A stretch of DNA of 64,000 nt from Lama guanicoe (GCA_013239625.1 MU054220.1:5936626-6000625); one strand, 5' to 3'. Numbered from the stretch's first letter, positions 1-14,000 are shown. The notes: generated by a model not told the origin, from the sequence alone. Numbers and translations are program-made.

Positions 1-479
1 TGCCCTGAGGTTGTGACCTATTGTTACTCCGTCTTTTTCAACTTTTATTTTTTGGTGATGAGACATTGTTGCATCTTTCCACCCATCAAGTGCAAGAATT
101 TCTGTATTACCTCTTTTACCAATAATTCTATTTGCAAACCTGCCAAATTTTTTCCAAGTCATCTCTGTCTTAGGACCATGTTAAGTGCACCTAATAGCAA
201 TGAAGGCAAACCAGTAAAATTCACTTTTGCTATTCCTTTGCCAAAAACCGTAAGATATGATATTTGTTTTCCAAATTATCTCAAGCAAAGATGACATCAA
301 ATGTTTCGCCATTGAAATATCACTTTTAGTTGGAAAGAGAAAGGAATAAAGGCCAACAGAAGTCATTTTTCCAATCTCCATTAACAATTCCTTCACTGCT
401 CAATACCTAACCCTGCAGCCAGTGTCACATATTTTGGGTGCTACTTTTTTGACTGTCCCCCTTATCTAGGTACAAACTT

Positions 480-830
480 CTATTTAGTCACTGGTGCCTT
501 ATTGATAAATGACCTCCAAATCTCAGAAGCTTGAAAGAAGAAAACTGTGTAATCCTCATAATCATAATACGTCAATTGAGGGTCAGTGCTGAATCTGCTC
601 CTACTCAAATCTTGCTCTTTTCAAAAGAATACCATCCTCCCCATTGTTGCTGCTTCTTCAGCAAGAACTTCATATAAAGAAGGTCTTTGGTACACAGCTG
701 AGCTGAAATGAGCTACTAGCTGAGCCGTCACAAACGGGCAGCTGATATGTAACGTGTGAGAAATAAATCTTTGCTGTTAGAAAACCCTGGGATGTCGTGG
801 CCACTTGTTACTATCGCAAAGCTTACAAAT
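480..830. mobile_element. Old MaLR LTR fragments (MLT1H-L-like)
   Basis: CCAAATCTCAGAAGCTTGAA (~520) and TGAGAAATAAATCTTTGCTGTT...TTGTTACTATCGCA (~757-825) resemble MLT1 termini. Confidence 0.5.
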
Positions 831-1029
831 ATGTAGTCTCTTACTAGATGGCCGTAATAAGAAAGGAGTCTGTGGGAAATGGGAACAGTAGTCTGGGATG
901 AATGGCAGAAAGATGTACGTCTGGTTGTTCAGAAATTAGTTTCTATGCAGTAGAAAAACAATTATATATATATATATGGGTTTACGTGCATTTGTGTGTA
1001 TGTATGTATACATGTATATGCATGTGTAT

Positions 1030-1310
1030 AGATAGAAAGATGGATGATTGAAAGAAGGAAGGAAAAGAAAGAATGGATGGATGAAGGAAGAAAGGAAAGA
1101 GAAAGAAAGAAAGAAGAAAGAAAGAAAAGAAAGAAAGAAAGAGAGAGAGAAAGAAAAGAAAAAGAGAAAGGAAGGAAGGAAGGAAGAGAGGGAGGAAGGA
1201 AGAAAGGAAAGAAAGAAAAAGAAAGGAGGAAGGAAGGAAGGAAAGAAAGAAGAAGGAAGGAAAGAAAGGAAGGAAGGAAGGAGGGAGGGAGAAAAGTAAG
1301 ATAGAAGGAA
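1030..1310 (+). repeat. GA-rich low-complexity tract (GAAA/GGAA/GA units), preceded by TA/TG simple repeats at 961-1030
   Basis: Directly visible; purines only from 1083 to 1296. Confidence 0.97.
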
Positions 1311-4229
1311 TTTTTAGGGAAATAGCCTTCCCCTAGACTTAGAAGCAGAATGGTGGGGGTAGGTTGGCGAATCAAACTTTTTTTTCAAGAGTGTCTATGG
1401 CCATCTGGGCTATCCTGGCTCTGAAAAAAATATATACAGATAGTCTAAACACATACTTCTCAAACCATCTTTACAGATGGTGTTGTAATTAGAGATTTCC
1501 TTCACACCTGGCTTTAGGTCATATTTTTCACTCGTAGTCTGGTTGTTAACTTTTGCCCTTTTTATATCTTTGTGGGTATTTTTAAGGAAACTTCTCGGAG
1601 GGCATATGGAGAATTCTTAGTGTTCTTCAGTATTAGGCTAGATTTATTTTCCAGTACTTTTGGGTTGGTGTTTTTCTTCCACCTCCTTTTTTTAACAGTG
1701 TAAATAGGACATTGCATACTCTCCCTATTGTGGCTTGCTTACTTAGAAACGGAATCAACCTCGTGGAAATGAGGTGTTATTATGTTCAATGAGATTGTTG
1801 GTGGCTGTCATCATCTCTCTCGATTGTTGGCGTGAACGGGGAGAGCTCACTGGGGAGGACAGATGGAGCCCTGCTGTTGGGACGTTCCGCGCTCTCTCCA
1901 GCGCACACGCCGTTCCTGGTAGGCAGGCGCTCTACGTTCCCGCAGCCTTCTCTTCCACCAGGAGGTGGTATCACACGATGTGTCAGGGAGGCTTTATAGC
2001 CTGTTGAAGTCATCTGTTTTTTTGGTTGTTTTTTTTTTTTCCTTCTCCAAGAGCTAACGTGAGCAATAAAGAAAGCAAGCTCGTGAAAGACATGACTCTT
2101 TTTGTCAGCGGTGTCACTGCGACTCAGTACGTTCATGTACGAGAAAACGGTCGTGTCCGCGCGGTGGTGCATCTGCACCAACCCTCCCCCACCGCTGCCC
2201 CGCATCGTGCCAGAGAAATCAGAGGAAGAACAGTCACTCTGTCATATTGAAATTTCACCACAACAGAGGACACATTAGCTGAGATGCTAAATCTCTCACA
2301 AAATCCAACACTGTCATTGCTTGATTTATAGTTTTATTTCAATATCAAGCTCTTTTCCTGCAGGTTGGGGGGAAAAAAGTGGGACCATCCTTTTTCTAAT
2401 CTGCTCTTTTTAATTTGTTTATGTTTATGATTCAGAACCAATGATGATTTCAGTAGATAAAAAGGAAAAACATGAATTACTTTTTTTTTTTTCTCCAGAA
2501 GGTGCCTAGAAAAATCACTTATTCATTGAGGGAGAGATGCATTTATTGCCTTCTGGTAAACAGAACTTTTCTTCTAACAAGAAAACTCTTTCTGAAATAG
2601 TTTTTTGGGTAGCTGTTTCCCCCTCATTGGCAGTGCAGGAAACATGTCAACAAGGATCTGGAATTTATAGACAAAGAACTGCACAAATTCCCCAAAGTTG
2701 AAAAATTTCTTCTCTGCAGAAATCAGAGTTTCTGTGCATAAGATTTTACAGTGACAGGTTTAAAATTAAATTTTACAAATCTATCATTAAATAAATATAT
2801 TTTGAATATCTTTTTCCTTAATCTCCCCTAGAGTAAGGGCAGGGGATCAACTATTATTTACAGCAAAGGCTGAAATTAGGAAATTCACAGAAATATTACC
2901 TACTAATGATAAAGAAGATAAAGAAGAAAGAGAAGGTGAAGAAACTGTACAGAAAGGAAACTGACCAAGAATTTCTGATATTTTCACAGGTATTTATAGA
3001 GCTTGTAGTACAGAACAGGGCACATAATAAATGATCTGTAAGTGCGTGCAGAATAAATATATAAAAATTGTCTTCCTCTGTACCTCCGAGCTAAGTGGTT
3101 AACAAAATTAAATCAAATAGCAAAATCTAATTGATACTGGGAGCACTGTGCGCCAGTTCAGTCTTGGGCAGTGGATATCGTTAGCACGTTGGAAGGAGTT
3201 TCTAATTTTTTTTTTTCCCTTTTCACTTCATCTTGACAGGTCCTATTGATGGTGAAGAATCATTTGTGCATCTGTTTCCTTTTTGGACCCTCAATGCACT
3301 GCATGCTGACACTGACACATTTTTTGCTGCCTTTTTTTATTTGGTGGCAATGAGCGATGCCCTTGGTGTTAGCACAATTGCTTCAGTTTCGAAATACAAA
3401 ATCAGATAATGAGACCCCAAGAGTCACTGATGGAGAGGAGAGGAGATCAGATGGGGTGATAGCTTTGTCCCTAGGGAATCTCAGTAGTTACAAACCTACT
3501 TTAATGTTCATTCCATAATGAGTCTGATTTCCCTGAGTTTAAACTGTGAACCACGAGCAAGTTTGGCACTTTGGAAGGTTTATTAAAAAGCAGGGTGTAA
3601 GTTTACAGTGGGAGAAACTAACTTGATCTCCATAAATGGAAACTGGCCAACAATGGGGGTCTGGTAGAGTGACAAAAACCACAGACAAAGAAACATATAG
3701 TTTTGCCAGAGCTGAATAACAGTCAAGAGACTGATACATAATTAGACCTCTTACCTGCCACTAAAGCTGGACGCCTTTTCAAAACCCTAGGCAGTGGCAT
3801 AAATGGATAAATACCCTAGGTGGTTGTCAGTCTGTCATATTAGAGTCTTCATTCAGTGCTTCCTCTGCTCAGTCAATCCTGAAGAACCCGTGTTCCAATA
3901 CATGAAAGGTGAACAATGTGCACTGCTAACGTTGGAACGTTCACCCAGGCGCTGATTCCACACAGCTGTTTTTGGATACCCGGCCAATATTTCTAACATG
4001 CATTGACTTCCAAAGCCACTCCATATGTATGAGGTATGGTAGATGGGTTTTAATTGGAATTAGTCCTGGAATTTAGCCTGACAGAGTTAAGGATTAAGTT
4101 AAGTTAAGCTGATAACCAGCTCAGGAGGTGGATATTGGAAGGACATTTGCCGCAAACATGGCCTAGGATCTTGGCAAGAGACAATGTGATTTAGTGTTTA
4201 TACCCGACTTTTGTCGTTTTTAATTATTT

Positions 4230-4530
4230 GGCTTTGGCTGCTGCTTCACCCTTCCGGGCCTCCATTACCGCATCTCATCTTATGATACATCTCCGCATGT
4301 CACAAGATGTCATAGCCCCCATCTCAGGATTATCATCAGGATCAAATAAGATGATAATAAATGTGAAAGCAATTGAATTGCCAACTGTGAAGTAGTCTAG
4401 GCACAAATATTAGTGTTTATGAGACATTCATTTAGTCAACACTTACTGGATTTGTTTAAAGTGTCAGGTTTTGTAAATAGAGCTAGAAATATAAAACTAA
4501 GGCTCCGTGTCTGCCCTCGAGGATAAACAC
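4230..4530. mobile_element. MIR fragment followed by an L2 3' end
   Basis: ATCTCAGGATTATCATCAGGATCAAATAAGATGATA..TGTGAAAGC (MIR); CATTCATTTAGTCAACACTTACTG..TGTCAGG..CTGCCCTCGAGGA (L2 tail). Confidence 0.55.
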
Positions 4531-4854
4531 ATAATTATTAGTAAGATGCTCCAAAATTCAAAGCTAGTCCTAGAAACTTCACTTCAAGGTGTCATAAATA
4601 GTGAGAAGAGTGACACGATACGTTTAATCACTCCTTTAAGATATTTCTGTTTCTGATAGAGTAAGTGCTCCAAAGGAGTGAGTACTTCTTCCTAAGGGAT
4701 CAGATTCCTTCATCCTTTTCTGTCCTATGTGCAGACCTTGTCAGTAATAGACGTCATTCGCATCATTGCTTTACAGTGAGATGAAGCCAAAAGGACATTG
4801 TTCACTGTCCTCTTCTGGAACACCAGCCAGGACTGACTCCATGAGTTGGCAGGT

Positions 4855-5220
4855 ACATCTCTCCTCTGTTCAAACCTCTGTTAACTGCGCATTGTACTCA
4901 GAACAAAAGCCGCTGTGTTTTCTGTGACCTCCTCCCAGCTCTCGGCTGCATCCTCTCCACCCTGTGCGCCATACCCCAGGCATGCCAACCCCCACCCAAC
5001 CCCGTGTCTTACACAAGCCTGCTCCCGTGGCACCACTCCTCTAGCTGACAGGAATGCAAGCCCCTAAGCATCCACAAGGCTCTTTCCTTCATTGTCCTCA
5101 GGTTTCCTCAAAGAGAGGTCTTCCCGTCACCTGCCTAAAATAGCACAATACTTTCTCACCTTTTGAACTATTTTCTCTTCTCTTAGCAATTACTGATATT
5201 TTATCACAGTATCATTTTTG
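4855..5220 (+). mobile_element. L2 LINE fragment
   Basis: CTCCTCTGTTCAAACCTCT..CTCAGAACAAAAGCC..CTCAAAGAGAGGTCTTCCC..CCTAAAATAGCAC follows the L2 3' region pattern. Confidence 0.55.
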
Positions 5221-5569
5221 AACTTTTCCTTCTCCGTGCAGTGCCCTCTGCCTGTAACTTGCTATGGCCACTTACGCTGCGTTTACTGAAGTCAGTTCCC
5301 CGCTACCTCTAGGTAAGTAGTACTGAGATACTGTCTCTGGAAAAATAGTCTAACCTCTTTATCTTGGCTACAATTTCATAACTGATGGAAAACGGAAAGT
5401 GGATTTGGATGAGCTTTGTAATTTTTCAGATGGTTTAAGGATTTTTGTGTTCATGGAACCCAAACAATCTTTATTTCCATGTCACCTCCCCCCTTTTGAT
5501 TTATAGAAAGCATTTCCTCCTGTCGCCAAGAGCTTTGTTTAGTTTGTTTTTTAAAACAGAGGAGAAAGG

Positions 5570-5790
5570 AAACAAATATTTATTACACTTCAACTAACAG
5601 TTAGGAAGTTAACTTACATATACATTTAAATTTTGCAATAGTCCAGGGCTATTGGTAAGATTATCTCAGCTTTACAGGTGCAGAAACTGAGATTCAAAGA
5701 TATCCAGTCACTTGTATAGATGTTGGGTCAAGGTTTGAAATCCACCTCTGGGTGACTCCCAAATCACTACTTTTTAAATTATTCCATGCA
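5570..5790 (-). mobile_element. MIR SINE
   Basis: Core ATTATCTCAGCTTTACAGGTGCAGAAACTGAGATTCAAAGA. Confidence 0.75.
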
Positions 5791-7054
5791 TTTTCTCCCT
5801 CCTTCATGTTTCAGAATCATCACACAGATCTGGCAACCTCAAATAAATTAAGATTTCTTGGCTTGATGCACTATAGCAGCCCCTATTTAAACACTGGACT
5901 TGAGCAACTCTGGACACACTAACGGGGCCAAGGCCTTCATGCTTCAAATAACCCTGCATCAAAGCAACCCAGCTAGAAGAGGGGGATCATGCTTTATTTC
6001 CCACGATAGGATTATGTTCGGATTTAATGTTGATGCATCAGTTAAGTGCTCACTTTGAAAATCAATACCACACTGTGTGCTTGGCTGGTTCAATACCCCT
6101 CAGTCAACATTAATAAAAAACACTAACAAAACAATGTACTGTGTCTTTTTATTCCTTGCTTTCCCCGGATCTCCAGGCCTTTTATAACAATTAATCAATC
6201 ATACTTATTCCTTCTACACGATAGCAAGTATTCAGTCCATTTAATAAGTTGGTAAACTGAGGCGATTTGGCAAATGAAAAGATTCACCCAGGCACTCTGT
6301 CCCCCACAAAGGAAAGTCAACACCTCTCAGCGAATGCTGACATCGCTCACACAGGGAGTGGAGGTCAGCTCCAGCCGGAGAGCAGTTTTCTCTTCTTCTC
6401 TTTTAGATCATGATTGTAGAGGCAATAAACATGAAGAAAGACCACAGGTCAGTAAGCATGTGCTTTAATTAACAGTTCTTTGCTGTCCCGACAGAAAACG
6501 AACTTCAACAGTCAAAACAGAAGGCTGAACACAGAGCTCCCTTGATGAACGCAAACTGAAATTAGGTTTCTGTTTAAGACAAGTGGAGGTCAGCACAAGC
6601 GATTAGTAAAATTACTAGATCTGCTTTCTCCACGAAGTCTGCACTAGAGACTAAAGGCTGAGGAAATGCACAGTGGATGGGGTCCCTTGCACTGTGTGCT
6701 GTGCTCATCCTGTTAGTTATCATACTTCCTAGGTTAGGACTCTATTGACTGTAAAGTGGCTTCACCAACTTAATAAGAACCTTGAAAGGAGAAAATAAAA
6801 GGAGTGTGAGGGACCCTAACTCATGAAATGAAGATATTGACCATCAGATGCCCAATTTAGGAAATGTTTTTTTTAATATGTGGATCTTAAAATCTAGGAA
6901 ATGTCGTATTAGTGTCTGATTAACACTTCTTACAAAGGTTCTTAGTAGAAACTCTTAGAGAAACAGCAGTTTAATCTCTTACTATTCCTGTATTGCAATG
7001 ACTTTATGAAGAGTCATTTTACTTTTATCTTCATATTAGCCTGCAACCGTTTAC

Positions 7055-7262
7055 TAGTATTTACTAAATGCCTGATATTACACAAGCACCATTTAATTTA
7101 ATTCCTATACTAACTCTGTTTGGTGAATTATTTTATCTCCATGTTGCAGCTAAGGGAACTGGGGCTTAGGGAGAACAAGAACTGTGCTGAATATCGTGTA
7201 GTCAGTAAGTGACAGATCCGATACATAAATCTAAATGTGAGAAATCTAAAGTCCTCACTTGA
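7055..7262 (-). mobile_element. MIR SINE
   Basis: TTATCTCCATGTTGCAGCTAAGGGAACTGGGGCTTAGGGAG..GTCAGTAAGTGACAGA. Confidence 0.7.
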
Positions 7263-7266
7263 ATGC

Positions 7267-7690
7267 TGTATCAGTTCACATTTCTTGACTGCAAGCAACA
7301 GAAACTGACTATGGCCAATAGAAGCAAAACAATAATTTCAGGAAAGATACAGAGATTAATATAAAGGGAGACTTGAGAACCAGAGAAGCCCTGGGAACCC
7401 AAGATACAGAAATTGTTGGACAGTGTCTTTGGTTTCAACCATTGCTATGAATCAACTCCAAACGTTTACAGTCTCCTGGTTGCTGCTGACAAGTTTCAGA
7501 GAAAGAGCTTACAATTCTCCAAGCTTAGGCCACCTTCCCACATCTTAGCTGTTGATGGGCAGTGTGCCATGCTTGATGGCCCTTCCAAGCTGAATCCAAC
7601 GGTGGGATACAAGTGATACCCAAAGCAGAGAGTGCGTTGTTACTACAAGAAGGGAGAATGGATGGTTTTACTGTCTAGTAAACGTCAAAT
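7267..7690 (-). mobile_element. Ancient ERVL/MaLR-class LTR remnant
   Basis: Starts TGTATCAGTT..TTCTTGACTGCAAGCAACAGAAACTGACT, typical of old MLT1-type LTR ends. Confidence 0.55.
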
Positions 7691-10439
7691 GACCATGAAA
7701 GATTTGTCGTTGTTGCTGTTGGAAGAAGGCATCTCTTCTAAAGATAACAAAATTATGCTTTGTCAGGGTAAGAGGATGCAGATTTAAATTAGAATAAAAA
7801 AGATGGGGTATATTTTGTTCCTAAGTCTTCATACCTTGTCAACATACAAACACATCACAAGACTGGCCCTTCTGCCACAGTTTGGACTTCCTTCCCCCTC
7901 ATTTAATGCTCTTGTTCTGCCTTCTTGTTTGTGCTTGGATCTTACAGCAGGAATGACTATCATAATGAAATAGCCAAGTTGTTCTTTATTTACTCATTTA
8001 ATTCATTTTTTACTACTTAATTATTGATAATCTACTAGGTACTGAGCAATGTACTTGGTTGAGGATGCATTTAATTCCTCTGCTTCTAAAGTCTGTATTC
8101 TAGAGAAACTGGCTAAGAAAACCTCAAGTAAATATATAATTTTAAATTTAATTATCAAATTGAAAGTACCAAGTTACAACTAAATCAATATCCTCAGAGC
8201 ATATCATTCTATTGTCATGTAGCATGAATATTAGAATCTTTTTTCTTCCTCTGAATCAAAATTTTCCATTTCTTTCATAGTTCACTGACCTTAATGTTAA
8301 ACTCTGGAGCAGATTATGTAAATATATCACGTATCCAGATAAAAACCTTTAGGTAATAAAGACAATTAGCCAGCAGTTGTTACCTCTAGAGTCATATTTT
8401 AAAAGCACCTATATATTTAAGCAAGTGAAATGTGACATTAAATTGTTTCCTGAACTAAGCCACTGGCATTTAATTCAAGTCCAGAGCATAAAATGTATTG
8501 CCATCTTTCATGAAATGTTTTGTCAAACTTCTGACTGGATGACCTGTTGAGGGCTCCTGAAATGCTAAACTCATTCTACAAATTGGAAAATCAGGATATT
8601 GAATCAGTTGACCTTTAATATCCCTTCAAGTTTCAGAATTCTATGTATCATTCTCATTATTTATGTAATAGAGGGACTTCGCAAACAACATTCCAATGAG
8701 ACCACATACACAGTACCAGAAAATTCCTTAATCATACAAGCCAAGCCAACAGAACGGAAGAGTCCTGTAAATAAACTGATTAATCCACCTGCTCATTTAA
8801 CCATTATGTCCTAAATCCTGGCTGTTTGCATAGTTTTTCAGGACACAGAGCACGAGTGGACTTTCACATCGTACTGAGAGAGGGTAACCTGGAGGGAATG
8901 AAAGCTATTCGTTGGTCAATATCCAAACACGAGGTTACCAGGAGAGATTTATATCTCACTTAGATGTGAATACCAAGTCTGGGGATGTTGCTCTCTCTTT
9001 GTTCAAGTAATTTTGATAAATGTTGTTAATTGTTTTACAGCTCTTACCTGTTGGAGGTTGCCCAATAAGACTTCATAAATGCCTTAGGGATGACATTCCC
9101 TCTCTTTTTAGAAGGACACTATAAAAATGGAAAGCCCAAACTCTATATTTTATATGTTCCTGACTTGAGACTGATAACTAGGGAGGTAAGAACATAAATG
9201 AAGTACTGTAATTTATTACATAAAAGAAAAATTAGAATTTCTAGTAAAGATGGCAGATTGTCTTTAAAAAAGAATAATGAGAGTAGAGAAACTTTTCTTC
9301 TATAAGAACAAGACCTTTAGCCATAGCATCCAATACATTTGCCATTTCTCTAAAACAATCTAAGATGAAGTAGATTTTCTCTCCTCTAGAGTTTAGAATG
9401 AAACTTTATCCCCACGTACATTATTATTTTCTCCTTGAAAAAGTTACTACAAATCCCATTTCTAACTTCTTAGCTTTTTGTAGTAATTACATATTAGCTA
9501 AGGTGTTAATAAGCAACTTGACCACAAAATAAGAACCTTCATGTATCATTGGGTACCTGCGTACCCAATGCTTACGTTTATATCAGGACCAGGGATGGAA
9601 CCCTGGGGTCCTGGATGCTGATCATTCTCTTCTTGCTAAATCATCTTGGCTCTGATGTGAGCATAAGATGTTGGGCAGATGTTATCAAATATGCTTCAAT
9701 GAGAGGGGATCATAAAGCTCTTAAGTCACTTATCCTTCTAAATGTCAAGTAACTAAATTGATATTCCCATCTGCTGAAAACCTTACTGGGGAGAAAGGAA
9801 AATGAGGAATGGAAATTCTAATTTTCTTTCAGAATGACTTCAGTATGTTATCATGCCAGGGACATCTATTTTTGATGTTTCAAGTTTAGAAAAGAGGGAT
9901 GGATAACTTCAGTGGCTCTTTTAAATTTTATTTCTTTGAAATGCCAAATAATTATGTGCATTCTCTACACCCGTGATTGAAAGCAACGGGGTTGTTCTTT
10001 AAAGGAAAAAGCGATAAAACGTTAGGTTAAAAATGGCAGCCGGTTTGCCATTGTTGTGAGTTCTTTACACAGTTTCCTTTCTTTCTTTTTCATTATCACA
10101 GCTGAAGACTCTTCTTCCTTGCCTCTGCCCCTCCCTACCAGCGTGACCTCAATTTTCATCCCTGGGTGTGTGTTCTACACTATTAACCATTCTCCAAGTT
10201 TATGCAACAAGTAGTTTAGAAGTGTAGACGCGCCTGGCATTTTATGTTTACATATTTACATATTGAACCTTTTGTAAATAACATGCGCTACGTAAATATG
10301 TAAATGTTTCCATATTTATAGACTGCATTTAATTACAAATTAAACATTGCATGTTTACAGCATTAATAGGACAGAAACCAAATCCAGACCATTAATGCTG
10401 GCCTCTAAGAAAGTGCTTAGAGCAAATATACTTGGGAGT

Positions 10440-10753
10440 CTCCCTGGGCTAAGATCAAGGTGTTATCAGGGCATCTCAAGGTTCAAATCTCTTCCCAGGG
10501 CTCCAATAGGTAATCCATTCTCTTTCCAGTCTCTAGAGGCCATTTGCTCACCCCTGGTCCTTGGTTCTTGGTCCATTTCCTCCTTTTCAGCCAGCAACAG
10601 CAATGGCAAGCTGAGTTCTTCCTATAGTGTCATCTCTCTGGTTTTCTCTTCTTATCTCATCTTCCACCTTTAAGGATCCTTGGGATTATATTGGGTTCAC
10701 ACAAATGACCTAGGATAAGCTGCCTATTTTAAAGCCAGCTCATTAGAACCTTA
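10440..10753 (-). mobile_element. MaLR LTR (MLT1C/D-like), left part, interrupted by the L1
   Basis: GATCAAGGTGT...TTCCAGTCTCTAGAGGCC...TTTAAGGATCCTTGGGATTATATTGGG...CAGCTCATTAGAACCTTAAT resembles the MLT1 consensus and continues colinearly after 15718. Confidence 0.8.
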
Positions 10754-11087
10754 ATACTGTCTTTTTTTTTTTTTTACATTTTTTATTGATTCATAATCAT
10801 TTTACAGTGTTGTGTCAAATTCCAGTGTTCAGCACAATTTTTCAGTCATTCATGGACATATACACACTCATTGTCACCTTTTTTTCTCTGTGATTTATCA
10901 TAACATTTTGTGTATATTTCCCTGTGCTATACAGTGTAATCTTGTTTATCTATTCTACAATTTTGAAATCCCAGTCTATCCCTTCCCACCCTCTACCACC
11001 CACCCCGGTAACCACAAGTCTGTATTCTCTGTCCATGAGTCTATTTCTGTCCTGTATTTATGCTTTGTTTTCGTTTGTTTTTGTTTT

Positions 11088-14000
11088 TTAGATTCCACAT
11101 GTGAGCGATCTCATATGGTATTTTTCTTTCTCTTTCTGGCTTACTTCACTTAGAATGACATTCTCTAGGATCATCCATGTTGCTGCAAATGGCATTATGT
11201 TGTCGGTTTTTATGGCTGAGTAGTATTCCATTGTATAAATATACCACCTCTTCTTTATCCAGTCACCTGTTGATGGACATTTAGGTTGTTTCCATGTTTT
11301 GGCTATTGTAAATAGTGCTGCTATGAACATTGGGGTGCAGGTGTCATCCTGAAGTAGATTTCCTTCTGGGTACAAGCCCAGGAGTGGGATTCCTGGGTCA
11401 TATGGTAAGTCTATTCCTAGTCTTTTGAGGAATCTCCACACTGTTTTCCATAGTGGCTGCACCAAACTGCATTCCCACCAGCAGTGTAGGAGGGTTCCCC
11501 TTTCTCCACAGCCTCTCCAGCATTTGTCATTTTTGGATTTTTGAATGACGGCCATTCTGACTGGTGTGAGGTGATACCTCATTGTAGTTTTGATTTGCAT
11601 TTCTCTGATAATTAGTGATATTGAACATTTTTTCATGTGCTTTTTGATCATTTGTATGTCTTCCTTGGAGAATTGCTTGTTTAGGTCTTCTGCCCATTTT
11701 TGGATTGGGTTGTTTATTTTTTTCTTATTGAGTCGTATGAGCTGCTTATATATTTTGGAGATCAAGCCTTTGTCGGTTTCACTTGCAAAAATTTTCTCCC
11801 ATTCCGTAGGTTTTCTTCTTGTTTTATTTCTGGTTTCCTTTGCTCTGCAGAAGCTTGTAAGTTTCATTAGGTCCCATTTGTTTATTCTTGCTTTTATTTC
11901 TTCTAGGAGAAAATTTTTGAAATGTATGTCAGATAATGTTTTGCCTATGTTTTCCTCTAGGAGGTTTATTGTATCTTGTCTTATGTTTAAGTCTTTAATC
12001 CATTTTGAGTTGATTTTTGTATATGGTGTAAGGGTGTGTTCTAGCTTCATTGTTTTACATGCTGCTGTCCAGTTTTCCCAACACCATTTGCTGAAGAGAC
12101 TGTCTTTATTCCATTGTATATTCTTGCCTCCTTTGTCGAAGATGAGTTGACCAAAAGTTTGTGGGTTCATTTCTGGGCTCTCTATTCTGTTCCATTGGTC
12201 TATATGTCTGTTTTGGTACCAATACCATGCTGTCTTGATGACTGTAGCTCTATAGTATTGTCTGAAGTCTGGGAGAGTTATTCCTCCAGCCTCTTTCTTT
12301 CTCTTCAGTAATGCTTTAGCAATTCTAGGTCTTTGATGGTTCCATATAAATTTTATTATGATTTGTTCTAGTTCTGTGAAATATGTCCTGGGTAATTGGA
12401 TAGGGATTGCATTAAATCTGTAGATTGCCTTGGGCAGTGTGACCATTTTAACAATATTGATTCTTCCAATCCAAGAGCATGGAATATCTTTCCATTTTTT
12501 AAAGTCTTCTTTAATTTCCTTCATCAATGGTTTATAGTTTTCTGTGTATAATTCTTTCACCTCCTTGGTTAGATTTATTCCCAGATATTTTATTACTTTG
12601 GGTGCTATTTTAAAGGGGATTGTTTCTTTACTTTCTTTTTCTGTTGATTTATCGTTAGTGTAAAGAAAGGCAACTGATTTTTGAACATTAATTTTGTAAC
12701 CTGCTACCTTGCTGAATTCTTCGATCAGCTCTAGTAGCTTTTTTGTGGACCTTTTAGGGTTTTCTATATATAGTAACATGTCGTCAGCATATAATGACAC
12801 TTTTACCTCTTCTTTTCCAATTTGGATCCCTTTTATTTCTTTCTCTTGCCTGATTGCTGTGGCTAGGACTTCCAGGACTATATTGAATAGGAGTGGTGAT
12901 AGTGGGCATCCTTGTCTTGTCCCAGATTTTAGTGGGAAGCTTTTGAGTTTTTCACCGTTGAGAACTATGCTGGCTATAGGTTTGTCATATATAGCTTTTA
13001 TTATGTTGAGATATGTTCCCTCTATACCCACTTTGGCGAGAGTTTTTATCATAAATGGGTGTTGAATTTTATCAAATGCTTTTTCTGCATCGATTGAGAT
13101 GATCATGTGGTTTTTGTCCTTTCTCTTGTTGATGTGATGTATTACATTGATTGATTTGCGTATGTTGAACCAGCCTTGTGTCCCTGGGATGAACCCCACT
13201 TGGTCATGATGTATAATCTTTTTTATGTGTTGTTGGATTCTATTTGCTAAAATTTTGGTGAGGATTTTGGCGTCTATGTTCATCAGTGATATTGGCCTAT
13301 AATTCTCTTTTTTTGTAGTGTCTTTGCCTGGTTTTGGTATCAGGGTGATGGTGGCTTCATAGAATGAGTTTGGGAGTATTCCCTCCTTTTCAATCGTCTG
13401 GAAGAGTTTGAGAAGGACTGGTATGAGTTCTTCTTTGTATGTTTGGTAGAATTCCCCGGTGAAGCCATCCGGTCCTGGACTTTTATTTGTAGGGAGGTTT
13501 TTAATTGCTATTTCTATTTCCTTTCTAGTGATCGGATTGTTCAAGTGTTCAGTTTCTTCTTGATTCAGTTTTGGTGGACAGTATGTTTCCAGAAACTTGT
13601 CCATCTCCTCTAGGTTATCCAGTTTGGTTCCATATAGTTTTTCATAATATTCTCGTATGATATTCTGTATTTCTATTTTGTTTGTTGTAATTTCTCCATT
13701 TTCCTTTCTTATTTTGCTAATTTGTGCTCTCTCTTTTTTCTTCTTTGTGAGTTTGGCCAGAGGTTTGTCGATTTTATTTACTTTTTCAAAAAACCAGCTT
13801 TTGGTTTGGTTGATTTTTTCTATGGTCTTGTTAATCTCTATTGTATTTAATTCCTCTCTGATCTTTATTATTTCCTTCCTTCTGCTGCTTTTTGGGGCTT
13901 TTTGTTCTTCTTTTTCTAATTGATTCAGGTGGTGGGTTAACTTGTTTATTTGAGATTGTTCTTCTTTTTTGAGGAAGGCCTGTATCGCTATAAACTTCCC

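Noticed and set aside
962..1375. ORFs of 83-137 aa rich in K/E/R/G or F/L/S
   Set aside because: Translations of the GA-rich microsatellite, which lacks stop codons by composition.
1786..2205. 139-aa minus-strand ORF over the CpG patch
   Set aside because: No recognisable domain. It crosses a poly-T tract, and its openness is explained by GC content.
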